Of a stretch of 64,000 nt of DNA, positions 39,835 through 54,021 are shown one piece after another. The stretch is taken from the NCBI GenBank assembly GCA_964016885.1, contig OZ024740.1, positions 65,286,001 through 65,350,000 of the forward strand. Direction: 5' to 3'. This DNA comes from Eledone cirrhosa (lineage: Eukaryota). Position 1 is the stretch's first letter, and every line of letters starts with the position of its first letter. Under the pieces are notes generated by a model that was not told where the DNA came from, searched no databases, and saw only the letters and a program-made list of their open reading frames with translations. The position numbers were made by a program, and so were the translations under genes.

Positions 39835-40700
39835 TTGTACATTAAGAGGAAAAAACACACCAGACACTAAAAACAAAAATAGAAGAAGAAATAATACATT
39901 TTTCAACCCTCCTTTCAACCTAAACGTCTCTACCAACATACCTAGGGCTTTCTTCTCACTACTAGATAAAAACTTCGCTCTAGGACACAAGTACCATAAC
40001 CTTTTAAACAAAAAAACACTATTAAAATCTCATACTCTACGACGCCTAGCAGAGCATACCGCATAGCTAGTAGCAATAAAAGAAAAATTAATTCTTACTT
40101 CCAACAAACGAAATCGCAACAGGGGGTAAACCTTCAAAATAACTCTGTATCAAGTAACCCTAATAACGGCAGTAATAATAGTAATAGCACTAGTATAAAC
40201 AATAACACCGAGGACGACAACCCCCATATCCAAAATCCTATAGCTACCACCCGGACTTCTGCACAGCATTATAACAAGCAGACTAACACCCAGAATAATT
40301 GTAACTGTACAGCAAATAGAACCTGCCCTTTAGATAAAAACTGCTTAATCAAGGATATCATATACTCATGCACCGTCACAACTAGCCACTCTTCAGAAAC
40401 CTATGTCGGCTCCACTTCTAACTGCTTCAAAACCAGATATAATTCGCACATCCACTCGTTCAAAAAACACACTCTAGCTACATACACTATCTAAAAACTA
40501 AAAATAAATCTTGCACACTCAAATGGGAAGTGATAGGTAGCGCGACTTCGTAGAAACCACCTAATACATTTTGTAACCTCTGTCTACTAGAGACCCACAC
40601 TATTATTTTCTCTAACCATAACCTACTTAACAAAAATCTGACGTGTTCGCGACTTGCCAGCACCGCTTCAGACATTCCTTCCAAAACTTTAAGCCCAATA
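39835..40700 (+). pseudogene. PLE GIY-YIG endonuclease remnant
   Basis: FFNPPFNLNVSTNI, NCNC....CPLDKNCLIKDIIYSC, TYVGSTSNCFKTRYNSH..SF, C.LCL.E. Frameshifted. Confidence 0.85.
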
Positions 40701-42136
40701 TATAGCAATGTCAGACTCGAACCAGGCACCACCTCTAGCAACAAACACCAAGGGCACACCTTATACCACATCCCCACACTCATTGATCCAATATAACACT
40801 AATAGGGACATCCCTCTAGAACCCTTCACAGTATCAATACCCCTTTGGACTTCTACTTTAGGTGTGACTGCATTCAGTCGCTTGAACTGCACTATACCAC
40901 TTTATAATTAATGTAAAATTTAAGCATTGAATTGATTGTATTGTTGGTGCTCTGCGGGTGAAGTGCCATCGTTGGATAAATGGAAGACTAATTAATCTAG
41001 TAACATTGATGAGCTATATAACCTTTATGCTGAGTGCAGTGAACGTATTGCAAGTGGCGTATGAGTTGTACATATATGTATGAATTGATGGTCAGATTAG
41101 TGACATGCTGAGTGTGGATTGACCTCTGGTCTACCCTAGTGATAATTAACTTTCGACATCCAATATAACATGCACTGACCCAGAGCTTACCAGGCATTAT
41201 TATATATTGAAGTGATTCTATAATCACCCTGCCAGGTTCTACGAGTAGACTACAATCACAATGATCATTGATTTATAAATCTCGCTCTTCGTGTGAAATA
41301 TTCAATTGTGGCACTCTATAATGGAGGATAATCACCCTAATATGAACACCTTTAATACTGCTTGATAGACTACATTATAGATAGGACACTTGACATTTTT
41401 AGAAACTGTATATAACCATATTTTGAGACACCATTTAATATTTAGTCATAGAAACCACTGAGTTACTTCCCCTCACGCATTAACTCCCCTTAGTCACACA
41501 CACACTTCCGGAAAATATTTCGATGTCAATTCCCGCAACTTAACAACCTGCTTTATTGAGCTAAAGACCAACAAACTACGATTCTCTAACAGGATCATCA
41601 AACGCCCAATATCGAATCGTCGTGGATTATGTGAGGGGCATATAATCTGAATAATACGCTCTCCGGACTGTGAAAATGGTGCTGTGCATGAAATCCATAT
41701 CATCGCTTTGCTATGCATTTCCAATATTTTTACTGCTTATATTATTTCTCCACGCACAGGCTATAACATTCATATAAAGGATTCATTACCAGTTCAATCC
41801 CCTTAACACTCTTGATCACCCGTTTAAGTGTTTGTATTACATGTAACACTCTGCCACACTATAGCATTATATAAACAAGACGCAAGTGCTTGCCACACGT
41901 GTAACTATTGCACTCAATAACTGCTTATGACCACCCTATCGCATTAATTTCATGTTGTATTTTAACCTGTATTTTTGATTTTGTCCTCTTTTAATATGAA
42001 TGTAATCTCTAAATGTATACTGCCACACTAAATGATGTAATGGATGTCGACCCACCAAGCAACAATGTTTGCATATGTATCTGTATGTCTCTTGGGTTGA
42101 AAAGGAGGTCATATACGTGTTCATTCATTAATAAAT

Positions 42137-42183
42137 TGCTCCAAAGAAGCCAAACCACGGTTTGGAGGAAACAATTGTAAGCA
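42137..42183 (+). ncRNA. Degenerate minimal hammerhead
   Basis: tgct-CCAAAGA-(ccaaacc/ggtttgg)-GAAAC AATT GTA-agca. Stems intact, core mutated. Confidence 0.55.
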
Positions 42184-42240
42184 TATAAATATTTTGAACA
42201 TATCTTTGATTCTTATAACTTATATATATATATATATATA

Positions 42241-42636
42241 TATTAATAAGAGGAATTCCAACTTTGTCTGATTTACTCGTTTTATTTACAATCCTTTAAA
42301 ATATATATAATGGTATTATAATGAAATAGTATGATAGAATATTAAATTCTAAGTGTTAATTGAACAAGTACTTTCATGCTTTCGCAATCTTCAGGTTCAT
42401 GATATGTGGTGACAGTCGAGTTTGCAATTTTCAACTTTTCAGTTGAAAATTGCAAACTCGACTGTCACCACATATCATGAACCTGAAGATTGCGAAAGCA
42501 TGAAAGTACTTGTTCAATTAACACTTAGAATTTAATATTCTATCATACTATTTCATTATAATACCATTATATATATTTTAAAGGATTGTAAATAAAACGA
42601 GTATATCAGACAAAGTTGGAATTCCTCTTATTAATA
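42241..42636. repeat. Near-perfect 396-bp palindrome (196-bp arms, 4-nt loop) carrying mirrored hammerheads
   Basis: 42241-42436 is the reverse complement of 42441-42636 with one visible mismatch. Flanked by (TA)n. Confidence 0.95.
42478..42516 (+). ncRNA. Minimal hammerhead ribozyme, canonical core (mirror copy at 42361-42399, minus)
   Basis: tgaac-CTGAAGA-t tgc GAAA gca t-GAAAG TA CTT-gttca. GNRA-capped stem II, palindromic AAGTACTT. Confidence 0.85.
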
Positions 42637-42680
42637 TAATCTTCTATACACAATCATACACACCCGTGTATATTTACCTA

Positions 42681-43222
<542 letters not shown>

Positions 43223-43627
43223 TTATATACATGAAATATTTGTTTTCAGAGAGAAGAAAATGGAAATGGTTGCAGAAATTGTTTAGACAGCTATCACACA
43301 TTTGAAGTTTATTGCACTGTAAATGCAAGGATTCTGACGCTGATATGACACTGCTCTGTGTACAGGTATATATACATACATATACGCACACACGCGCACC
43401 AGAGAGAGAAAAAGAGAGATTATGTGTGTGTAAGAGAGAAAGAGAGATGCATGCACACACACACACACACACAAACGCAGACATACATATATAAATATGT
43501 ATGTATATATATATATATACTGACCCGTCCGGCTGGCGCCCTGCTAGGTATACCTGCCGCCACCACTCCACTGCAAAGATACCACACACCCTCCCGCGTC
43601 TCATTGTCCTTCCGACTCTCCTCCCTC

Positions 43628-43658
<31 letters not shown>

Positions 43659-43819
43659 TTCTCTGAATAACTAACACTTTAATTGTATCTCTCTCTGTCT
43701 AACGGCCTATCTCTCTCTTTTCTCTTCCCTCTGTTTTTCTGTCTCTCTCTGTAGATGTGTGTGCGTAGTTTTCCTAATATTTCTCTAAATCTCTCTCTTT
43801 CTCTCTCCATATATGTGTA

Positions 43820-44625
43820 TATATTGAAGGGAGTTACGGAAACTAAAACAGTGTTGTCATATAGAGAGTGGAGATCGACAGAGAGAGTAAAATCAGTTAA
43901 ATTATAGAGAGGGCGAATGATCTTATATACATACATATAAAGTATAGATATGTGTGTGTGTGTCTGTGTATATGTATGTGTTTGTGTATGTGTGTATGTG
44001 AATGCGTGTGTCTGTGTGTTTTGTTTTGATGTTATCCTGCAATTGGCGAAATCAGGTATGAAAGTATGTGTACTTGTGCGTGTGTGTGTGTTTGTATCCA
44101 AATTATTTTAGTTGTATGTATTACCTTCTTGCCCGTCCCTCTGTTTCTCTTTCCCTGTCGCTCTCACACTCTTCTCTCCCCTCTCTCTCTCTTTAGATGT
44201 GTGTGTGTGTGTAGTTTTCCTAATCCGTCTCTTTCACTCTCTGTCTCTCTAAGAGTGTTGCCGTTTGATGTTTGTTTACCTACTTGTGTGTTGACCGAAT
44301 GTGAAGGATGTTACCCTTTTGAAATTAGCATACATACGACGCTCATCTCTATGTTGATATATGATATAAATAATGGGATTGATGAGTTAATATCTGTATA
44401 CAACAACTACAACGGTACGCGATGGGGCCCACCCACAGCTCCGGCAGACAGAATGGAGAAGGCGTTTCCCCGGAGGCCGGCAAGGGAGATGCGCTGGAAA
44501 AGCAGAACCTGGGTATATATTGATATATTGATATATTGAAGGTAGATACGGAAAGTAAAAGAGTGTTGTCATATAGAGAGTGAAGAGAGACAGAGAGTAA
44601 AGCAGCTAAATTATAGAGGGGGTGA
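43820..44625 (+). repeat. Local ~100-bp direct repeat pair
   Basis: tatattgaagg...gtgttgtcatatagagagtg...aaattatagag at ~43820-43917 and ~44532-44625. Confidence 0.65.
44395..44510 (-). mobile_element. CRE-type LINE 3' end fragment
   Basis: Reverse complement matches 60730-60835 (FQR.SLA..RGNAFSIL). Confidence 0.8.
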
Positions 44626-44768
44626 ACGAGGGAGACAGAGAGAGAGAGAGAGAGACGACGGTCAGCTTTATATTTGAGAGTGAAGTGCGACAGAAAGAGT
44701 AAAGCTAAGAAACTACAGGGAGCTGTGCGTGATACATACATAATACATACACATGACACTCAGCTTTA

Positions 44769-44828
<60 letters not shown>

Positions 44829-45527
44829 TATATATATACTCACACACATACACAGATGTATAGATACATAAATATGAATTTAAGTAAGACGTGAATAATA
44901 TCAGAAAAAAATAGCTTAGATATCATACTCTTTCTACAACAATGTTATACGTTATACTATTTCTTACTTCGCTGCCATTATATGTATGTGTTAGTCTTCA
45001 TTGTTATCTAGTCGGAGGAATAGATAAGATTCCATGATATTCTCCACAGAACGCGAGACGTCAGAAGATAGCAACTTTCCATTAGTCTAAGGAAGTTCTA
45101 ACTTTGCTAATAGTAGCGCGGAAGCTGTTGAATATACAGAAGGCTAAAACATAGGGCTAAACTTTACGAAGAATTAAATCTATGACCCGTGCAAAGGAAT
45201 ATTCTTTACGATGGGTTTACATAGTGTTTCTGCCAAACAATATTTGCAAGATTGTGCTAGTCAAGAAGATATTTTATAGAAATTCTGGTAAAACTGTGAA
45301 TTGACAAATTGAATTGAAAAAGTGAAAATACCACTCATCCCCCTTCGGCATTGTGTTTATAAGAATGGAAAAGAAAGGAAGTAATTGTCAGATTAGACCT
45401 CAGAAACACTATGTCCATTGCTTTCGCAACTCGTGACAATAGCTAGGCACCATGTGAACTCAAAGCACATAGCCGAACTAGAGCAAATATATATAAAGTA
45501 TCTATCGATCTACCTGCCCCCTCTCTC

Positions 45528-45637
<110 letters not shown>

Positions 45638-45694
45638 GATATATAAACACTAACACACACACACATACACATATGGTTTTCACTTCAATTCATG

Positions 45695-46250
45695 GTAAAT
45701 TTCGGTTGTTTGGTTGGTTCGCTAACCCGACGGTTGTTTTTATTTATATATTGTCAAAGCTCTTTCGTCACGCAGTATGTGACCTCCTCAGTGACTCGGT
45801 TTTTATTTTGTGTACTCCACCAAAATCGCGAAATAGAATATAAGGGCACATTAGAGAATATAGCGATACAAATGATATCCATACACAAAAAAAGATGCAG
45901 AGGGGACAAAAATAAACGAACTCCCACCAAAATTAAACAGAACACGTAAGTAGAATAGCAGAAGCATCACAACTAGTAATTGAGGACCATATGAAGACAT
46001 ACAGATGCACACAAACTGATAAAACAAACCAAACACACACACACAGATGGAATAAACAAACAACTATTGACAAATAAATAAACACATAAAGAAATAAAAA
46101 AAAAAATACACACACACTCGGATGTAACACATGCGCAAACCAAACACACAGCATACAACACACAAAAAGAAGTTGGTATAGGACAGAAGAAAGGAGAATA
46201 AAAATAAAATAAACACATATGAACATGGCTGTCCAAATTCTATCAAATCG
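45695..46250. mobile_element. PLE pLTR remnant related to the 21881-23740 family, rearranged
   Basis: Shares ttggttggtt, the hammerhead and catgcgca...ggacagaa segments. The two halves are in opposite orientation. Confidence 0.65.
45753..45795 (-). ncRNA. Minimal hammerhead ribozyme, canonical core
   Basis: gtca-CTGAGGA-g gtcac atactgc gtgac-GAAAG AG CTT-tgac. Confidence 0.82.
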
Positions 46251-46559
46251 CCCAACAACGAACATGCAAATCAGGGATGATAGGCGCAAAGCCATCAATA
46301 AGCTGGCATTGAGCTCGTGGTTAGCAACCTTATTTATTCACTTTGATATCCAAAAGTGTGTGTTCGTTGTGTACGAAGACAACTGAGAGATGGGCACATG
46401 ACTGAAAGTGTTAACTGTTGCACTGAACTCGTTACCTTGTTAACTGCTGCACTGAACAAATCAGTGAAAGAAACAATGCCAGAGACATATCCTCTTGACC
46501 AACAATTAAATACACGAACGGTGATATACGAAACAGAAGTAGTATCCACCAATGAGACA

Positions 46560-47260
46560 CACCAAAAAAACCCTGGCCGTAACTAGGCAGGTTGGAGAGC
46601 TACTTCAAAGGCCAATTCCTTAATTAGGAAACTACTTTTAGATACCCAGACTAGAGAAATATAACAAAGCTCGCAAGCCACAAGTGTAATCTCAAATATA
46701 CCGACACGCAACTCTCTATTTAACGGAGGATCCTAGAAAGATCATCTATACATGGATCAGGGAGGGGCTATTTATGCACAAATGAAAAGCAAAATATGAC
46801 TCACAAACATATCTTTCATTAAGAGATGGATGAACACCCGTTTTGATTACTTCAAACCCTTGCAACATAAAACGAAATTGATTTTGCCCAATTGATTAAG
46901 GCTGGAATGAAGCTATTCAACAATCCTTCTGAAGTACGATTAACTTCCCTACTAGATTCCCATACCAATCTCATTTGGTAACCAAGCCTATAATTATATA
47001 ATCCTAAGTTAGACCGCTTTAGAAATTTTAAGAGTTTTAAACTATTCGTTTAAGAGTTTTAACCCTTTCAGATTTCGTATAACAACCTAGCCCCTAAATT
47101 TCACGCTTCCTAATTACCATATTGCTTCCAAGAATTCTTATGTGAACGAAGACATTCCGTAAGTCAATCAATCATGATAGTTAGAACCGATGAGTTGGCG
47201 CATTTCAATACGCTAGCAAAACGCACGTATTCATGTTACGTATATTTTGTAGCGAATTAA
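46560..47260 (+). pseudogene. Highly decayed PLE remnant with downstream degenerate hammerhead
   Basis: SNPCNIKRN*FCPI (~46852-46895) resembles the PLE linker Cys motif. Hammerhead-like gaa-CCGATGA-gttggcg/cgctagc-AAAAC GCAC GTA-ttc at 47184-47232. Confidence 0.45.
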
Positions 47261-47277
47261 TTTGAGTGTATATATCT

Positions 47278-47358
47278 TTGCTCTACGGTTCTTATATATT
47301 TGATATATATTTATCCTTATCAATCCTCTTTGGATTTTAGTTTCAAATTTATTATTAT

Positions 47359-47362
<4 letters not shown>
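47278..47362 (+). repeat. Terminal fragment of the 53862-55585 PLE family
   Basis: gctctacggttcttatatatttgatatatatttatccttatc matches 55499-55580. Confidence 0.75.
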
Positions 47363-47410
<48 letters not shown>

Positions 47411-47444
47411 CTACACATGCACAAAATATACACATACATACATA

Positions 47445-47555
<111 letters not shown>

Positions 47556-47594
47556 TTGTGTGTGTGTGTGTGTGTGTGCGTGTTATTTTATATC

Positions 47595-48450
47595 CTTGAG
47601 CTTCTGGTCATGATCTTCATGAACAGGATTGACATGAGCAGCCAGAGTGAACGTAGTTTGAAGACTGGCGAGAGTTGGATCAGTCGTTTGGAATGTGCAG
47701 GCCGAATGGTATCACCTGACCTATCAGGAGGTGTTCTTCGACATACACTTGATCATTTTGCTGCTGAGTGATTCTGTGCAGGAATGAAAATCAGTGATGT
47801 GAAAACAGAAAATGTTTCTCTCAAATGTTTCACTCTACCTATGAATAGAGGCCCACTGAAGCAGGATCAGTAGTTCAAGTGCCTTGAAGGCGTGTTCACA
47901 TGTGATGGAAAGCTGGGGACTGATTTAAAGTAAAACATGCTGGAGCTTGTGCAGTATTGCACCAGATTTAACATTCGGTCGTCAAAGGAAGAGTATAGGT
48001 GCAAAAGCCAAAATCAGTATCTTCAAATCGACATTCGTGCCAACTCTTATTATGGTCATGAATCTTGTATAATGACAGGCAGAATTCAATAGGCAATACA
48101 AGCGAACTAAATGGGGTTCCTCCGAAGGATCTTTGGTGTAAGGTTATTCTATAGAGTGCATAACACGGAAATCAGAGAGTCGCTGTTTGTAGATCCGCTA
48201 TTCTTGGAATTGAGAGATTACAGCTCCGATACTACAGGCAAGTGGTTAGAATATCTCAGGAAAATCCGCTCGACAGATTGTACCAACAAAGCCAAGCGGC
48301 AGGGGATTCAGGGGTAGACACCGAGGAAGAAGTTTGGATAACCTTCAGGAGCTCGGCTGATTTTGCTTGGGGATCCAGCAGCATGATTTGGAAACAAATT
48401 GAAGGTGTGTTTGATGACGCTTCCCCACAACCAACCCATAAATAGATTTG
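47595..48450 (+). mobile_element. RTE-clade LINE 3' half, decayed
   Basis: GMKIS..KTE, FK.L...FT.DG, YGHES..MT, MGFLRRIFGV.L..RVHNTEIRE. Confidence 0.75.
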
Positions 48451-48926
48451 TGAAAAGAAAAGGTTGTAGTTACATACATCTCTATATAAAACCATCCCTG
48501 ACTTTCTGTTTCTCTGGAGTATGATTGAGAACTCCTATACTATCATTACACTCTTTCCCTCTTTCTCTTCCTGTTTCTAGTGGACATTTCACTGAAATGT
48601 TTGTACGTGTGAGATTATTTTATATTTAATTCACCAGAATGTCATTAGTTTACGAACATTGCAGCATTTCTCTTCTATTAATATGCCGTGCTAACCCAGC
48701 ATATATGTGTCCCTAACGCTAGTGTCGTCTTTGTGCTTGGCCTACTAATGTTTATCTAAATTGATATCAATATACTGATATAATTTGAATGCGTTTCTGC
48801 TGACAGTATTAATTACAATTACAACAACATTCCGTAGTTGCGCTTGTATGCAGCTGAAAGACTTGATGGAAAGGAATATGTACTAACAACAATATTGCAT
48901 GTTGATCATATTAACGCATAAAGCGA

Positions 48927-49022
48927 AGGGTTGGATGTATCAGAATTGTTAGAACATCGGTCTATCGGGTTTGGTTCCGGCTCAACCCCGCCTGGGTTCA
49001 AATCCACCGCGACCAACTTTTT
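48927..49022 (+). other. tRNA-like / Pol III head (third SINE-like sequence or tRNA pseudogene)
   Basis: B-box GGTTCAAATCC at ~48996-49006. gttgg...ccaac ends, followed by a T-run. Confidence 0.35.
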
Positions 49023-49325
49023 ATTTCTTCTTTTCGATATTGATAGAAAAATTGGCAGTTCAATATTGTGATCAATCCCCCCCTCTGCTTCTCTCTTAAT
49101 TTTCTCGCATTCGCGCCCCATTTTCACCGACTCTGTCGCCCTCAGTCCCAAAATGTCCCGAAATAGAGACCAATGGTCTTCACCAGGTTTAAAATGCCCA
49201 GGTCATCCTCCCTATTAATCCGTCAGGTTACAATGACACCCTGATGGGCAACATTGCTGACGGCTAACATCTTCTTTTAACCCAATCTTCACTGATTACC
49301 TTCGATAATATACGTTTAGCATTAT

Positions 49326-49512
49326 TGGTGAATTGGCAGTATCGGGAGAGGATTGGACGCCATGCTTTCTAACATAATTACGTCCCTTTACAGTCTGAGT
49401 TCAAATCCCGCCGAGGTAAACTTTGCCTTTCATCCTTACGGGTTCGATAAAATAAAGTACCAGTAATGTAATGGGTGTTTGCTGGCCTTGTGCCTAAAGT
49501 AGAAACAATTAT
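49326..49512 (+). mobile_element. SINE copy, full length
   Basis: Matches 107-293. Confidence 0.88.
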
Positions 49513-49891
49513 TATTGAAACAATTATAAATGTAAAAGAAATATAAACAATTATTGAAACAATGGGTCTATTTTCTATTTAACATAAGCGCTATCGTTTC
49601 ATGTATAGATAACTCTAATAAATATTCAGTTGTTTGCTTTAAGAAATTGAAATATATTAATATGTACAGCCAAGATGACTATATGAAGTGACAATTATTT
49701 ACATAGTGACATAATTTCAACTGAACCTGTCAGAAGTCATACACGAAAAGACGGAAATGTAGACATGTTTATCATATTTCTAATATATTGATTTCATAGT
49801 GTACATATATACATATATGTATGTTTATAAATATACATATAGATATATATATTCATTTATTTATTTATATAAACACACACTCACAGACAAA

Positions 49892-50211
<320 letters not shown>

Positions 50212-51297
50212 CTGTCCCTGTGCTCTTCCGTGTATGTGTGAGTGTATTTATATATATATATATATATATACACACTTACATATATATGTATATATGTGGT
50301 ATACTTACACCCGCACACGTATGTACACATACGTCAATTTCTATAGTATTCATTGTTTATTTCTGATGACTATTTAACAGAACAGAATGGCACCTGTATC
50401 GTTAGAATTTGACAGCTTCTTTTAAAAACAGTATTTGACTCACCGAATCTCTGTTCGCTTTTAAATAGATCCACTACTTTAACGGCAACATATTTCATGA
50501 GATAATTTATTCATACATAGTTTTGCTAACATTATTTATAAATGTTAATTATTCTAATATATGTCTGTTCTCCTGACGTAAACAATATTAACCGTATCTA
50601 ACTTATCAGTTTCCATAACGAAAAGATAGAAAGATAGAATTAATTCATAGATATTGAAAAATATAATCCACTGACGTCAATAGCTAAGCATTGTATCCTG
50701 TGTCGAATACTTTCATCACAAAACAGCAACGTATAAAGTCTATGCTGACATCATTTATTTAGCAAGGTTATGATTGTGCTGTAAAATTACATTACTTGAG
50801 AAAATAGCATATTAAAAGCAAGGAACATTGCTCTATGTTAACTGGCTGGAATTAATATTCAGCCACTTTATTCGAATGACCGGTCATAAAACATATGTAA
50901 CAAATTCATGCAGAGAGGGGAACATGTGGACATAACATGAAACATATACGCGGTCCATGAAAAATTTAGATTTGAAGAACATTTTGATTTTTACATGAAG
51001 TTATAAACACATTTATCGTTGTATATGGAAATGTTATCAGCTTCGGGAATTTCATTACTTTCAAAATTCTTATGGAAAATAATAAAAATTCTATGCAAAC
51101 TTGGTTAGAATGACTGTTAGATTTTATTCTCACTTGAAAATTAGCATATGAATACATTTTCACATTTAATACTTGAATATATTACCACATAAAATTGATT
51201 TAACTAATATGTTTGTTTAAACAAATATAAACCAACGCGCTAATAACAGGTAAATACCACTTTAACTGGGAAGAGATTTGAACTATGCAATTTGAAT

Positions 51298-51456
51298 AAT
51301 AATTGTTTCTACTTTTGGCACAAGGCCAGCAATTACACAGTGTTTACTGGTACTTTATTTTATCGACTCCTTAAGGATGAAAGGCAAAGTTAACCTTGGG
51401 GCCGCAACTCTATGCGTCTAAGCATGGCGTCCGACCCTCTACCGATACTGCCAATC
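51298..51456 (-). mobile_element. SINE copy (B-box region deleted)
   Basis: Reverse complement of the 107-293 family. Confidence 0.82.
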
Positions 51457-52658
51457 CTAATAATGTTATTGAATACGTTTTTGAATACTAGAGATGATTT
51501 GGCTTGATCGTGCATTCATTTAAGATATACATTTTAAAATTCTAAAGATTTTTATGAGTTTCTGCTTAATTGTAGTGGGACATATTGAAAATTATCTATG
51601 GATTAACTTTTCTCAATAGTGATGTGTTTTATTTCATTTCATCGAAAGTTCGAAATACAGAAATGACCATGTAAGTAGTTGAGATTAATTTAAAAAAAAA
51701 CGCAATTGGCTACAGCACAATGAATCATATTATCATAACAGAAGAATATGTACTAACAACAATATTGCATAAGAAGAGACATTGAAAGAGTTTTTACATC
51801 CCTTCTTCTTCATTTAGAGTTAAGTAAAATATAAACGGAATGTGTCGATATACACCTGATCATTAAAACCAACTAAGTACGTGTGGATAAAAATATCAAC
51901 TATAAGATCGCTGAAAAGACATCTATCCCAGGGTGAGTATAATTGCATTTATGAGTGAGTTCTTATGTGTATATGAGTGTTTGTGAATTTTGTTAAGGAT
52001 TTAAAGAATACATGAAATAAACGTTCATGTGAATACAACTGTATAGCTAAACATTCTTAGATTATTTCCAGTTTAAACTCGAATGATATTTTCGGAGAAA
52101 CATTAAAATTGTATCGATTGTACATGAAAGTTTACATTTAAAATTGTTGCAAAATTGTTTAAAATATAAATGCATTGAATAAATCCCTACAGGTCTTAAT
52201 TAATAGCTTGAGACTATATCAATGTTTCTGTTTCTTTGCATCATTCCATTTTTTTTGCCATTACGCGATTGTAACATAAGTGTCTTTTCCACAGTTTTCG
52301 TTTCTGTTTCGTTACTTCCTCCTTGAGTTTCATTTCTCTAACCTACTCCTCAGCCTATATAATACTGGTGAGGAATCCGTCCGACTTTTACTAATTTTAA
52401 AATATTCATTCATTTATGTTCTTCCATAAATATGATTGTCCATGCATTTTGCAATGGATAATATTTTTATCACCTCCTTGTTAAGAGCACTTTTCAATCT
52501 CATCCTCTTTTCTTTATAACATTTATACCTTAGATCTGGTTCTCATAAGCATCAATAGATAAACGTATAAAGACTGAAGGTAGATAACATGCCTTGTATC
52601 CATCAATGCAATTAATTATTCTATAGTCTCCCCCCCCTCTCTCTCTCGTCTCTCCCCC

Positions 52659-52715
<57 letters not shown>

Positions 52716-52771
52716 GGTGTGTGGATGTGTACATATATACATCCAGAGCTACCCCCCTCCCCAAACACACA

Positions 52772-53010
52772 TATTGTTATACATGGTGAGGGTTATATTG
52801 TTGTAATAATATTGCCAGAAATAATAACAAAACACACTCACTGTTTGGTTGGTTATAGCTTCCGTATCTTTTATATCTCCATAGTTAATTTATTTGGCAA
52901 TCAATGTTTATCATTGATTGACCAACAGTTAACAATACAGATATAAATATATATATATTGTTATACTTGGGGAGGGTCATATTAGTGTAAAAATATTGCC
53001 AGAATTAATA
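52772..53010 (-). repeat. Two terminal fragments of the 21881-type pLTR
   Basis: TATTGTTATAC..GGGAGGGTCAT terminus at ~52772 and ~52956. Also at ~15790. Confidence 0.6.
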
Positions 53011-53790
53011 ATATATATATATATAATATATATAAACAATATATATAATATATATATTATAAATATATATATATAAAAAATATATATAATATCGATTATT
53101 CTACTATATTTAGCTCTAGACCTTAGCTATTGACCAGTTAATTTTATTGATCATTTTTGTCGATTTTATTGACTGATGAATATCTGTTGTTTATTTTAAT
53201 ACGTCTGTTGAGCACTCTGATTCGATATGTGATATTTTGTATTCTTACATGATTTGCACATTACCGAAATATTTTTCGCTAATATAGAGGTTATCTCCCT
53301 TGCTGGGCACCATTTGCGTCTCTGGCTAAGGGTCCCTTCTTTATTATCGGATGAATCCCGTTGAGAAAGCTCTTACGGTCCAGTCCTTCTCTAGAAGTCT
53401 TATATATTTTTTATGTGGGCTGATAGTGATTGGATTAATGAATTGCAGAAACCCAAGAAGCTAGATTTAACACCATTCTAGCGGGTCCGGGTAAGTTTTT
53501 TACATTCATTTAAATTATTGATTTATTGATATTTTATTTGAATGACCTGAATCTTCCTGGTCGTTCTTTTTCGGCTGTACGGGTGTTTTTAGGCATAATC
53601 TCTATGTGTTGGTAATTTAACGATGGTTATAGCTCTGATTTATCCAAATTATTGAGCCCTCTGCCACACATATCGGATATTGTTTATCGTTAATTCGTGA
53701 GCTGTTTTTCCGATACTCGATTATTCTACTATATTATAAATATATATATATATATATAATATATATTAAAAATATATATAATATATATAT

Positions 53791-53866
<76 letters not shown>

Positions 53867-53970
53867 ATAATAAATGTGAAGACTAAATTCCAAAGAGGGC
53901 GCGATAAGGATAAATATATATCAAATATATAAGAACCGTAGAGCAAATATTTATTAAAATAACAGATTAA

Positions 53971-54021
53971 AGTTTAAGCAGAGAATCACTGCTTTCACCC
54001 TTAACGGGATCTTCTGAAACT
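53971..54021 (-). ncRNA. Hammerhead variant (CAGAAGA core)
   Basis: agttt-CAGAAGA-t ccc gttaa ggg t-GAAA gcag tgattct ctgc TT-aaact. Confidence 0.7.

Noticed and set aside
40900-42100. Possible very old PLE ORF upstream of the 42137 hammerhead
   Set aside because: Only a vague IESSWI-like stretch; no reliable domain could be read.
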